The translations under genes and the position numbers were made by a program. From NCBI GenBank assembly GCA_002269645.1, contig NIVC01001456.1:1-64000 (forward strand): a stretch of 64,000 bases of DNA. The letters run 5' to 3'. The notes beneath the pieces were generated by a model that was given only the letters and a program-made list of their open reading frames with translations, was not told where the DNA came from and did not search any database. Within the stretch, counting starts at the first letter, position 1, and each line of letters opens with the position of its first letter. This DNA is from Macrostomum lignano. Taxonomy: Eukaryota. Positions 23,433-41,328 of the stretch are shown here, one piece after another.

Positions 23433-23682
23433 CAGTGGCGTACACAGAGGGGCCTAATTACCCCATAAAAATAGCGCTTCTTCCAAAGACTGAAAGAAGG
23501 AGGACACAAGGCCCTATAAATGACATAAGCTTAACTTTTGCCACCTCTTGGACATGGCATGATAATTTCTTATGGGGGCCGCCCACAATAAGAGACCCAG
23601 AGACAGGGCGCCCCACAACACCAAATATTTGCGCTACTAGGATTTTGGGCCCCCTCGAATTAAAATTCCTGCGCACGCTACT
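23433..23682. mobile_element. Small hAT-like MITE
   Basis: Imperfect 15-bp TIR (CAGTGGCGTACACAG / CTGCGCACGCTACTT, 11 of 15 match) and a degenerate 8-bp flanking repeat AAAGGACT / AACGGACC. Confidence 0.5.
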
Positions 23683-25031
23683 TAACGGACCGTCGTTACG
23701 ACATTTATTAATTAACGGATTGACGAATGATTGACGAATGATTGACGAAAGTTTTTATGGCTTGTTTCTTTTTTTTGTAGGGATTTTTGTAATTCTCGTA
23801 GAGCATTAGAAGGCCAAAAGTAAAAATTCTTTAAATATAACAACTAGCGGCTTTTTTATGTACTTTATTAAAAAGCATGCTACGACAGTTTTGTTTTAAC
23901 CCGCTGTTGCTAAGCAATCTATGAAAAAAATATTTTAACTACTCGACACTATTATATTTTATATCTATAGATCACATCATCTTTTAAAGTTGGTTAAAAA
24001 GGTTTTTGCCATTCACTGCTAATATCTCGAAACATCCGCTAATTTTCTGGATTATTTATGGAAAGCTTTTAGTTGAACTAGAACCATATCTTTTTCTTGT
24101 ATAACTACTTTCAAGCTAAGCTTTTTAACTTTCATTTAGCTTGCACTGCTTTATTTTTGGTTTAAATATGCGAGGATTTGACCCCCAACTAGCAAAGATG
24201 AGAAGTGCATACCCCTTCTGTATTATTTTAGTTTTCATGTACTTCTAAAAAGTACAGTAGTCCTCAAATATTATTTTTTTATTCAGCATGAATATGTATT
24301 AGCTACAAATAAATGCTAACACGATTTATACTCTGCTTATGAAATTTTGGAAACCTGTTTTAAAAGTTTTACTCACGACTTTATATTCTTCTAATACATC
24401 CAAGGTTAATCAACATTCTTGCTTCTATTTGAAAAGGTACCGCTTCTGAATCAGCTCAATTTAAATATATTTAAAGTCATTCTCGCGTGGTGCAGATTTT
24501 TGCTCACTTTATCTAAGCACAATATTATATCAAACAGGACTGGTTAATCAAATAGAGTACCATATGGCCAAATTCAATTTTTATGAACGATCTTAATTCT
24601 ACACTTTATATTGATACAAAGTTTTTTTGTAAATTGCAAGTATCTTTATGCTTTTAAAAGACAGAAATGCTACTAGTTCTATGCAAATTCAATAATGAAT
24701 TTGCAATTTATTCATTGCATAATATGGTGCCATTATAAAATTTTAAGCACAATTTACATGATGTGCCCTAGGCTTTGATATAAAATATACTATTGTAGTG
24801 CTATTTTTAACGCTTAATAATTTTTTTATAATTTTTAATGTCTTTAGACTAACAATCTATAGTTTAAATTAAGTATTTTGTCAGCACATTTCGATCGAAA
24901 CATATTGCGGATTTAAGAAGAAATCATATTTACAATAATTTATATACTTTAAGATGCCTGGTATTTTTTAAGTAGTCATGAAAAGCAGTTTACAGCAGAA
25001 AATTTGATTCCTGCCTATTTCTGACAGTAAA

Positions 25032-26483
25032 ATGGCTACTTCAGTTATCTCGGCCAATCTGCCACCCAACATTGATCCTACCAAGGCCACGATGGCCTAC
25101 GGAAATGGAGCTCTGCGACGTCTGGTAAGCTGAAATTCCAAGCTAATCTCCTTCTCGTGTCATTGTGCCAAGCAATTTCATTTTTTACTACACACTCAAA
25201 AACTCTTCAGAATCGAGAGCTGCAGGACACCGAGAACATGCTGACCCGTCAGAAAGCAGTAAAAGCCCTCTGTGATTACCTGCATGACCACGAGCACGTA
25301 GCCGCTGCTATTCACGAAGGTAGACCTCTGTTTGCCATTATCTTTCTGACTAATAAATAAAAATGAAAAGGGATGCTACTGCATAAGCGATTCGACTCCT
25401 TTTCAGGCATTGTCGTCTCACTAAAATCTCTTCTGCGGGACACCGATGTCACTTGTCGCCAGCTGTCTACAATGTGCTTCTACGTGATCTCCCGTAAGTG
25501 CAAGGTGGCTTCTAGAGGCGCAGCAAGTAGTTATTTATTGCTGAGGTCTGCAACCTATCGGAATTATCCAATTTTCAGAGCACTCCGTTGGCAGAGAGGC
25601 GATCTTGGACACCGGCACCATTGAGCCGCTGTCAGCCCTCTTTGAAGACGCCGAAGACATCTGCCGACGCAATGCTCACATGGCCATCGAGATGCTCTCC
25701 GAGGTGCCGTTCGGCGCCGATGGCATCGTCCAGGCCGCCCTGGTGCCGAAGCTCATCGAGAAGGTCAAATCAGAGCATGACGAGATCAAAGAGTACATCC
25801 TGGACACGCTGCACTTCTGCCTCATTGTCAACACGCAGGATGCACTGAAGGCCCACGGAATGGAAGTGTTCACCTCTCTGCTGGCCAGCAACCTCGCCAC
25901 TATCCGAGCCAAGGCTGCCAGGGATATCATGGATCTGAGGTGAGCTGGGATGCTGCTAATTATTTAGTTCGCTTTTTGGACTTATTAAGCCATTAACAAA
26001 CAAGCAGTCCTAAATCATTGTTTCAACTTCCACAGCGTGCCTCTCGACGGCAAGGACAAGGCGGTGGAAGTTGGCACAGTGCCAGCTCTAATTGGCCTGC
26101 TAGGAGACAATGCTAGCGCTGTGAGGGCCAATGCTGCTGGAGCTTTGTCCTTGTAAGTTCAATGCGGTATTTTTGGTCATTGGAACTGAATATTCACTCC
26201 AACTTGTCTCAACTGCCGCCTCAGCATCGCGGTGACAACGCAGGGCAAGTACACCGCTCTGAACGCCGATTGCGTCAACCCGCTTCTACCGCTGGTGAAT
26301 GATCCCAACAGTGAGGTCCGCGTCAACGCTCTGAAGGTGGTCACTTGCTTAGCCGAGGCCCCCGAGGGTCGCAAAATTCTCACCGGCCACGTGGAGCAGA
26401 TTCGCCAGCTCGAGTCGGACGAGATCACGAATGTTCGCAAGCACGCGGAGATTGCCGTGCGAGTCATCACCTGGAGGCCATGA
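25032..26483 (+). CDS. RSPH14: Radial spoke head 14 homolog (armadillo-repeat axonemal protein)
   Basis: Exons 25032-25124, 25211-25319, 25407-25493, 25579-25939, 26036-26152, 26225-26483 join in frame. Motifs TMAYGNGALRRL, TRQKAVKALCDYLHD, ILDTLHFCL, ANAAGAL, GKYTAL, LAEAPEGRK and terminal ITWRP match what I recall of RSPH14/RTDR1. Confidence 0.92.
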
Positions 26484-26889
26484 GATGCTAGAGGTGAAGC
26501 TAAATCAACAGATACAGCCTCGCAGTTTTTTCTTTTAAAAACTCGAATCCTTTCTTCTTTGCGACTTTGTTTAAACGCGTTGGTTATTTATTGTAACACA
26601 AGCAGATGCAGATGCTGTTCTTGTGAACGTGGGTTGCACTTGTTTATCCTGCCTAAATTTAATATATTTTCCTTTTATTATGTAATAATTGCAGCACACA
26701 TGGTTTAGAATTTAGCCTTTCTATTTATTGGATTTAGTTCATTCAAAACTGAAGAAAGAAAGAGTTGGCGATTCACAAGCCTTCGGTACGGCTTGATTAC
26801 CGACTGGGACGTTCTTGTCCCCTCATCTCAGCATAAGCCGACATGTAGAAAAACAATAAGCTGTCAAGGGGATACGGTAATTTGTCTGC

Positions 26890-27225
26890 CAGTGACACTT
26901 GACTGGCAGTGACATTTGACTGGCAGTGACATTTGACTGGCAGTGACATTTGACTGCCAGTGACGTTTGACTGGCAGTGACATTTGACTGGCAGTGACAT
27001 TTGACTGCCAGTGACATTTGACTGCCAGTGACATTTGACTGCCAGTGACATTTGACTGCCAGCTAGTGACATTTGACTTCCAGTGACATTTGACTGCCAG
27101 CTAGTGACATTTGACTTCCAGTGACATTTGACTGCCAGCTAGTGACATTTGACTGCCAGTGACATTTGACTTCCAGTGACATTTGACTGCCAGCTAGTGA
27201 CATTTGACTGCCAGTGACATTTGAC
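26890..27225. repeat. 17-bp minisatellite CAGTGACATTTGACTG(G/C), some units with a CTAG insertion
   Basis: About 19 copies; the unit is quasi-palindromic. Confidence 0.92.
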
Positions 27226-27589
27226 TATTTAGATTGTTTGGGTTTTCGTCAGCAGTGAATTTATTGTTCTCAGCGGCAAAACTTCGAGCTTTAAGGCTTC
27301 TAATTCTCCTGTTTCAGCTCGGCTGAGTTGACACTCAGAGCCTGGAAATGACAACGCAGAAAAGTCCCGCTTCTCTGTATGACAGTTATAAAAACAATTT
27401 TGCGTGTTACTCAGAAATGTATTTTAGGAATATTATTGTTGGATCAATTCTTACAAAAATAAAAATCTTGTACAGTTCTTAATAAAATGTAAAAATATTT
27501 ATGAAAAAATATTGTCAGACAAAAAACAGACTGCATGATATTTTGGGAAAGCAAAAAAATTATCCAAAAATCTGTCATCGTAGGTTTAT

Positions 27590-28030
27590 ATAGCATCTCA
27601 TTGATGGGCTTAATGATTCAAATCTATAAATCTTTCAGAGAAATTAGTGAAAATGTCAGTAAAAAGTGTAATATGAGCATCTCTTTGATGCGCTCAGTGA
27701 TTCAAATCTATAAATCTTTCAGAGTTAGTAAAATTTCAGTAAAAAACAGGAATATGAGCATCTTTGATGCGCTCAGTGATTCAAATCTATAAATCTTTCA
27801 GAGTTAGTAAAATGTCAGTAAAAAACAGGAATATGAGCATCTTTGATGCGCTCAGTGATTCAAATCTATTAATCTTTCAGAGTTAGTAACATTTCAGTAA
27901 AAAACAGGAATATGAGCATCTATTTGATGCGCTCAGTGATTCAAATCTATAAATCTTTCAGAGTTGGTAAAATGTCAGTAAAAAACAGGAATATGAGCAT
28001 CTCATTGATGCGCTCAATGGTTCACATCTC
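27590..28030. repeat. ~80-bp AT-rich tandem repeat (79-81 bp), ~5.5 copies
   Basis: GAGCATC recurs at 27675, 27756, 27835, 27914 and 27995. Confidence 0.9.
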
Positions 28031-28349
28031 ATCAATTCAGTTCAATTCTCATCTAAAAAATCTAAAAATCTAGTATTGGTAAAAAACATCTGAAAATAGC
28101 AAAACTGGTGCACTAATGGGGAACTAACTTGGCAATAAAGCTTACGACCTAAGAAAATATAAATCTAATGGAACTCTGAAACAGTCTGAACAAACAAAAC
28201 TTCAATCTGAAAAAAAATTCACTTTGAAAACCGACAAACTGTCAGTGTAACTTTCAACTGAGTTATGGTCAACTTTTGAAATCAAACACAAAACGAAAAA
28301 TAATTTCTCCAGTTGTGCCTTAGTGACATTTCCAGTGACGGCTTCATCC

Positions 28350-33717
<5,368 letters not shown>

Positions 33718-34899
33718 GAATGGAAGAGGCACAGCGGTGTAGCAGATCCTCAGACAGATGGAAAACTTTGGGAAACTCCTGTGGCTTTAGCCGAGGGAAC
33801 TCAGTATGGCCTTTTAGGGGGCTGAACTCTGCTCATATTTATAGAGAAAAATTCAGTCGTTATTCACAGGGATGTGAAAATTCATTTTGTTGAAAAATAT
33901 GTTTTTAATTAACTATGAAAATGCCTTGTTTTCTTTCACAAAGTGCTCAAAACATATTATTGCTTCTAGAATATTATAGTAAATAGTATTTTTTGGACAA
34001 GTCCTTTTCGCCAAATATTTTCGCGTTTTCATTGGATATTAAAACTCGAAAAACATGGGCGATTGTTTCGATTGTTAGAGCCTAGTTTCTTATACAATAG
34101 GACAGTTGCATCCTTTTTGTATAATTTTCGGCCTATTTCATAGCAGATAGTTCACTGGTGAACAGTAAATCAAATCACTGTTTGAAATGAATGCATGAAG
34201 TCATCAAAACCATCTGCTTTTTTAATTTTTGCAGCATCCTAAGCATTTTTAAGAATGACGCGTGCGTTTCTTCCAAATGAGTATTTTTAGACGCGAGCCA
34301 CACTTACTTGCACTCGTGACAAAACATTCACTGCTAGAGCCGGTACAGCGAGTTCGGCACTGCTACATTGTTGATACTGAATACACATTGCAGACTGCTG
34401 CCCCTGCAGTTCTTGCCTGTTTATGACAACAAACAGCTAGTCAACATTTTGATATTCACATTCGGTACCAACGCAGTTTCTATGCAGTATTCAGCAGTGT
34501 ACAAAAGGGGCTTCACATTTTGATGCTATGAATGTTAGCTAGCCAACAAATTTAAACAAACCTAAGCTGTAGAAAACCTAAATCGGATTAGCCACTGGGT
34601 CAGTTTCAACAAGCGCGACTCCTTTCATTCACTCTTAGCCGATGTTGACTATCCTATGGGTCAAAATCGCATGCACGAAACTGGCAGAGTTGGCAAACTG
34701 TGAGAAAGATGAATAAAGGAGTGAGTGGGCAGAAGGCTGGTGGCAGAATTATTTTGCAGTCTTTTCTTGATGGTATCTGTTGACATCAATCTAAAAGTCT
34801 AATCATGAGAATATTAATCATGCAAAATACATGTAAACTGTACATGTGCCAATGGAGTAGCACGGACGACATGGAGGTACAAGAAGATAGCAATAGCGA

Positions 34900-35230
34900 C
34901 GAAGTTCTTCTTCTCCCCGATGCAGCGTTAGGGGTCGCCGCGGTCGCCGTGCTGCCGTCGATGATGCTGTCCGCAACTGGTTGATAAGGACCTTCCGCTC
35001 TGCGGCTACGGCGCTCTGCCGCTTCAGCGGCGCTGAGGGTCGTCGGGACGTCGACCTGGTCGAGGCAGACGGCGCTGGCGGAACTTGGTCCGCGCGTTCA
35101 TTCCCGGCGACTCCAAAGTGCGCAGCGACCCAGATAAACCTGGGTGGGCGCCAGGTGGATAGGGGATGGCGCTCAGACAATGGCGAAGGGCCCGGTGTTG
35201 TGTTGAGAAAGTCAGACTGACGTGAAAGAC
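34900..35230 (-). mobile_element. Non-LTR retrotransposon RNase H fragment
   Basis: RFIWVAAHFGVAGNERADQ matches the WVPGHxGIxGNExAD motif of LINE-type RNase H. Confidence 0.65.
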
Positions 35231-35479
35231 ACGAGCTTAATCTCAATTTGGCATTCAGACTTGCATATTTATACTCCAGCCAGTGACAAATCGATATTGA
35301 CAAACATATGCACATAACTGTGTGTGTATGTACGCATGCAAACGCATAACGCAAGCCATCTACACAACATTCATTCTCCAACTTACAAGGAAAAATTGAA
35401 AACGAAAGGCTTGAAATTCGAAAGTCCTTTGCAGTCATTACAATTCTTAAGTCACCACATTCCCATATCACTCCTCGCA

Positions 35480-36620
35480 TTCCCTCGAATCGCCGTCGGT
35501 GCTCGTTGATCCGGCAGCAGCTCTTCAGCCGACATCTGAAGGGGGGCCGGCGCGGGCCGCTGCACCCGCACGCAGCTGTCGACGTGCACCCGAAAGTCGT
35601 TGCTGAGGATCACTGTGGTGGCGCTCGCGATTCTCGAGATCTCCAGCGGCTCGGACAGCTAGCTACTCAGCTTGCCACGCGCGAACGGCCGCCTCAAGCG
35701 CACCCAGTCGCCGACCTTGAACGTCAGCGGTGACCTCCTGGTCGAGTTGAGCTTGCACAAGACTCGCTGCTGCTTCTGCCAGTTTGTGCTGCGATGGCGT
35801 CCTTGGTTGCAGTGCCGTCAGTGGGGTACTGATTTTCCGGCCTGTCATCAGCTCCGCCGGTGACACCCCTGTCAGTGCGCGTGGGGTGGCCCAGCACAGC
35901 AGTGCCCTCACCGCGCCCCCCCCCCCCGACTGCAGCGCTGCGTTGCGGGTGGTAGTGCGGTGACTGGCGGATGCCGCAGCGCTGGAGGAAGTCTTTGAAG
36001 TCACCGGACATGAACTGCGAGACGTCGTCCCCAGCGGCTGATCAACGTCGTCAGGGTGTCGATCACATCAGTTGTGGTCACTGTGGACATTCAGGCTGCT
36101 TTCGGCCACTTCGTACAGCACCAGAATGAAGCATCATGAGCTCGGGGCCGAATGCAGCTCCCGGAAGATATCGAGCTGAAGCTCCTTCCAAGGTCGCGTC
36201 GTTTTTTTCGCTGAGCAGGCAGGCCTCGCAGTGCCGCACGAACTCCTCGATTTGGCTGTCGATCTGCGGCCATCAGACCGAGTCCCGGCAGTGATGCTTC
36301 ATTCTGTCGATGCAGTGCACCGTTCCTGAGCAGCCGTGCAGAATCTTACGTGGCACCTTCTGGAAGGCTGCCGGAGCGCTGTTGAGACCGAAATAAACCC
36401 GCTGGTACCGATAGAAACCCTTCTCCGTGATGAAGGCTGTCATATCGCGTCTGTTCTCGGTGAGCTAGAGTTGCAGATACGATGAGTTCAGATCTAGTTT
36501 TGAGAACACCGTCGAGCTCTTGAACTCTGTAGTCAGCTCCTCGAATGTCGGCAGAGGCTCTGGGACGCATATCAGATTCGAGATCCACTCAGATGCCTGG
36601 ATCTCCCGTCCGCTAGAAGC
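35480..36620 (-). mobile_element. Internally deleted, decayed Ty3/gypsy pol (RT fragment and integrase)
   Basis: YQRVYFGLNSAPAAFQKV; IDRMKHHCRDSV...IEEFVRHCEAC; SQFMSGDFKDFLQRCGI; TGVSPAELMTGRKISTPL; many frameshifts. Confidence 0.8.
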
Positions 36621-39574
36621 TGATCGATCTCAGCTGGGACCTTCTCCTTGAGGCTGAGCGGCGTCCGGCGGAGAGGCTGCGCCACTGGAGGCACCGCGGG
36701 GCTCACTCGGAGCCGGTGCTCGAACCCCCCCCCCGAGTCCTCGCGTCAACTGCTCGAAACTTTCTGGCAGCCAGGCCGGAAGCTGCTTGGTCTCATCCAC
36801 GGCGCGCACCAGGTCGCCGTCCCGTCCACAACTGGGAAGTTGAGATGCTGCATCAGATCTGTGCCCATGATTTCGGATCCCTGCTGCACTACTGCGAAGC
36901 AAAAGAACAGGATGCCAGGCAAAGCGCCTCATCAGCCAGCGGCATATCCCAGAATCTACCCGAGGTGGAAACAGACTGCCACTTGATTATTTGCCAGTGC
37001 TTGCAGACTGCATGGGCTACGTGAGCTCGGAGCTGTCCGCAAGTCAACAAAATGAATTCGTAAAGTCCAAAAAATGTTCTCACTGTTATTAGCATTGCCG
37101 TCTGTCAATAGATACCGGACATTCCCAGCTCCAATTGTTTGCTAACCAGCTGGTTGTGTTTGCACTGGAGCGATCAGCTTGCGTGATCAATTGAGGCCTT
37201 CCCTGTCATTAAGCTTAGCCGCTCGAGACGATTAACTATAGCCTTGTATAATATTTAACGAGGAACACTTCCAAACCAGCTCATAAAATTGATTAAATTT
37301 TAGAAATTGCTTCCATTTCCTACTAGTCACTACTTCTCTCAGTACTGAACGGAGCGAATTTCTACGAAGCCGTCGAGTTTTTGTCAAGAAGTGTGAAAGA
37401 GATCAAAACACGAATACAAGGCAGGCTTCAAGCTGTAACGCCTGCACTAAACATGTTCCCATAGTTATTCTGGAAATATATGAGATTCGTTTCATAATAA
37501 TTTTAATATATCAATACAATGCTTTAAATCAAGATGACTTCATAGAAAGTTAGAATATGAAGCCTTTTATTTAATCTATTTTCCCACTAAAGATATTGAA
37601 AAATACTGAGTAGGTGCACGCCTTACTTTTATAGAAGCACGCGGTCAAAAAGTCAAGAGCTGGAACTTAAAAGTACAGCTAAGCTGGTGCAGTTGTCGTG
37701 TTTGCAGAATCAATATAAACTAAGTCAAGAATCGGCTCGCGAGATGGAAAGAGTCATGCAACAATGCAAATATTAGTACAGTAAGTTTCCGGAATCAAAT
37801 GCACTCAAGTTGAAAGAGGTTGACTACAAAGTAATGTTGACTAGAAGAGATCATGCATAATCGATTACCACAGGTTATGCCACACACAGTCGGGGTTCGA
37901 AACGGCGTCATCACCTACCGGATTCAGAAATACGAACAATATTGCGCTCAAATACAACTTCACAGAAGTTTTAGCGCTTCACGGACTTCGGAAGGCCTGG
38001 TGGAGGTTGTCATCAAGGAAGAGTAGATGCACATGCTAACTGCTGGTGTCAGGTCCAGTCTTTCTTGACTAGTGGAAATGCATGTAAACTTGCTCATTTT
38101 TGTGCACCATTTTTTCAAGCGTACTGTAAAACACGTTCCACAGATTTACTGCAGCAGCAAGCAATCTCAAACACAGTTTTCAGTCCAATTGTTTGGACAG
38201 CTTTCATGGCAACAGCACAGGGCGCGGTTCTGGAACGCCGGACTCTCAGTTCATTTGATGGAGCCTGCGATGAATTCACATGGCAGTGGTGTAGGGTCCT
38301 TGCAACACCAATTAGTAGAACTGCTGGGATTGGGTTACCAACTGAGTACCTGAAGCTCTTGTCCCAATCGCCACTCCAGGGTTTTCTCTGCACTTTTCAG
38401 AGCTACTGCAGCCACTCGGGTTCCTAGCTATGCATGCAGAATTCTGCGTTTGTTTAACTTGGGATTTTAGCTGAAATCCAAATCAAACAATTTTCAAGTA
38501 GCTGCATACGTAAATATGTATTGCAAATTCTACTCAAAATAGGGTTATTCGCAACTCCAAGACAGCCCTATCGACTATAGGTATCAGGTTCTGCTTTTAA
38601 TTAAAGTAGCCAAACTGTTGAAGTTTTCGCGAGCACACCAAAAGTATTAAGGCTGGTGTGCAAATACAGAAGCAAATTTGCTTTCTGGAACTTCTCTCCC
38701 TTCTAGCAGCAAGTACGATGTTTCTAAAGTACAAGTTCATAGCCGCCTATCAAAAATCGGACTTGTTAGCAAACTAAACAAAGAGCTCTGTTAGCTCTTA
38801 CCTGCCTGAAAATGCTTGCCTGCAATGAAACTAACTGGTTGAGTGCCGATAATTGCATAAATATTAACAAATTGTGCACGACTATGCAAGATTGCTGAGT
38901 CCATGCTTACCTCTATGCTCACCTTGTGGGAGCTAAGAGCTAAAGTGTAGAAAATAATTTCTGCATTGTTTCAATAGACCATCAATGGAAGAGGGTCTTC
39001 TATTGGAACTTCTATTAAAGCTTCTGCTTCACTTTGAAAGTCCCTATTCAAGACAGATAAGTTTAACTTAGTGACATGTAGTTTGTTCACAGGGCACTGG
39101 ACACTGCCGCTATTAAGGCGACAAATTCATCATTCTGCTTGTTTCTGGTCTCCAAAAAACTTTTAAAAGCGGCAATTGACAACATTGTAAAAGCAACCAA
39201 AGTCGGACCAAAAGCCCAATGCTTTGGGTGCTCTTCGAAGTTGATAAGAGGAGAGCATCTCAATAGCAATTTTATTCGCTAAAACTTAGTCCAAAAAATA
39301 CTAACAATGCCAATTAAGCCATTTAAAGCGAGCCTTTGAAAAGCAAGCTGAATTTAGCCTTCAATAAAGTGTCTGTGATTTTGATGTGCTACGTCCTCTT
39401 ACATGTATTCAATCTTTATTTTTTGTGTAAATCAATGAGTTTTATATTCATACATGTATCATTAGGTTTAAGTTTAAGTTTTAGGATTAGGATTAGGATT
39501 AGGAAAAGTTTTTAGGATTAAGTTTAAAAAAATGCTTTTTAATACACCGACGAGCAAATTTCAGGCATGGAGGA

Positions 39575-41000
39575 TATTGTGAGCATGGAGTTCCTCCCGA
39601 GAGATGTTCTGAGCATTGAGTTCCTTCTGAGAGGTGTTCTGAGCATGGAGTTCCTTCAGAGAGATGTTCCGAGCATGGAGTTCCTTCAGAGAGATGTTCC
39701 GAGCATGGAGTTCCTTCAGAGAGATGTTCCGAGCATGGAGTTCCTTCTGAGAGATGTTCCGAGCATGGAGTTCCTTCAGAGAGATGTTCCGAGCATGGAG
39801 TTCCTTCAGAGAGATGTTCCGAGCATGGAGTTCCTTCTGAGAGATTTTCTGAGCATGGAGTTCCTTCAGAGAGATATTCCGAGCATGGAGTTCCTTCAGA
39901 GAGATGTTCTGAGCATGGAGTTTCTTCTGAGAGATTGTTACGAGCATGGAGTTCCTTCTGAGAGATGTTCTGAGCATGGAGTTCCTTCAGAGAGATGTTC
40001 TGAGCATGGAGTTCCTTCAGAGAGATGTTCCGAGCATGGAGTTCCTTCTGAGAGATGTTCTGAGCATGGAGTTCCTTCTGAGAGATGTTCTGAGCATGGA
40101 GTTCCTTCAGAGAGATGTTCCGAGCATGGAGTTTCTTCTGAGAGATTGTTACGAGCATGGAGTTCCTTCTGAGAGATGTTCTGAGCATGGAGTTCCTTCA
40201 GAGAGATGTTCTGAGCATGGAGTTCCTTCAGAGAGATGTTCCGAGCATGGAGTTCCTTCTGAGAGATGTTCTGAGCATGGAGTTCCTTCTGAGAGATGTT
40301 CTGAGCATGGAGTTCCTTCAGAGAGATGTTCCGAGCATGGAGTTCCTTCTGAGAGGTGTTCTGAGCATGGAGTTCCTTCTGAGAGATGTTCTGAGCATTG
40401 AGTTCCTTCTGAGAGGTGTTCTGAGCATGGAGTTCCTTCAGAGAGATGTTCCGAGCATGGAGTTCGTTCAGAGAGATGTTCCGAGCATGGAGTTCCTTCA
40501 GAGAGATGTTCCGAGCATGGAGTTCCTTCTGAGAGATGTTCCGAGCATGGAGTTCCTTCAGAGAGATGTTCCGATCATGGAGTTCCTTCTGAGAGATTTT
40601 CTGAGCATGGAGTTCCTTCAGAGAGATATTCCGAGCATGGAGTTCCTTCTGAGAGATGTTCTGAGCATGGAGTTTCTTCTGAGAGGTTGTTACGAGCATG
40701 GAGTTCCTTCTGAGAGATGTTCTGAGCATGGAGTTCCTTCAGAGAGATGTTCTGAGCATGGAGTTCCTTCTGAGAGGTGTTCTGAGCATGGAGTTCCTTC
40801 TGAGAGATGTTCTGAGCATGGAGTTCCTTCTGAGAGATGTTCCGAGCATGGAGTTCCTTCAGAGAGATGTTCTGAGCATGGAGTTCCTTCAGAGAGATGT
40901 TCTGAGCATGGAGTTCCTTCAGAGAGATGTTCCAAGCATGGAGTTCCTTCTGAGAGATGTTCTGAGCATGGAGTTCCTCCTGAGGGATGTTTTGAGAATA
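39575..41000. repeat. 30-bp minisatellite GAGCATGGAGTTCCTTCWGAGAGATGTTCY, ~47 copies
   Basis: Direct reading; 31-bp variant units near 39936, 40147 and 40688. Confidence 0.96.
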
Positions 41001-41328
41001 AGTTTTTTTGACTGACGGATCGATGTCAAGCATTGTTGTTTTTCAATAAAAACAGCTAAATGAGCCTACGCTCGTATAAATGCAACCAACTTCCAAACTG
41101 CCATTTACAAATTGCAGGCGAGCCATTTCCTGTTTGAAAATATGGCTGTAATAATGAGATTTCTTAATTTATTATGTCGCAATAAATTGAAACAAGTCTG
41201 TTTTAGAGTTTAGAGTCCAAGTTATTTCATTCTGACTGACCATTAGTACTTTTTAATACGGAAAATTTTAGTGCAATGCTTCATTTTCCGTAGATTAAAC
41301 TGCATTGATGCCTGCAGACAGAAACTAC

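Noticed and set aside
38065-38427. Overlapping 92-120 aa ORFs
   Set aside because: No recognisable motifs, codon bias or splice-linked partner exons.
39499-41033. Long ORFs on both strands (MEFLLRDV, SEHLSEGTP, ISQKELHA)
   Set aside because: A 30-bp unit without stops opens several frames at once; no unique flanking coding sequence or splice context.
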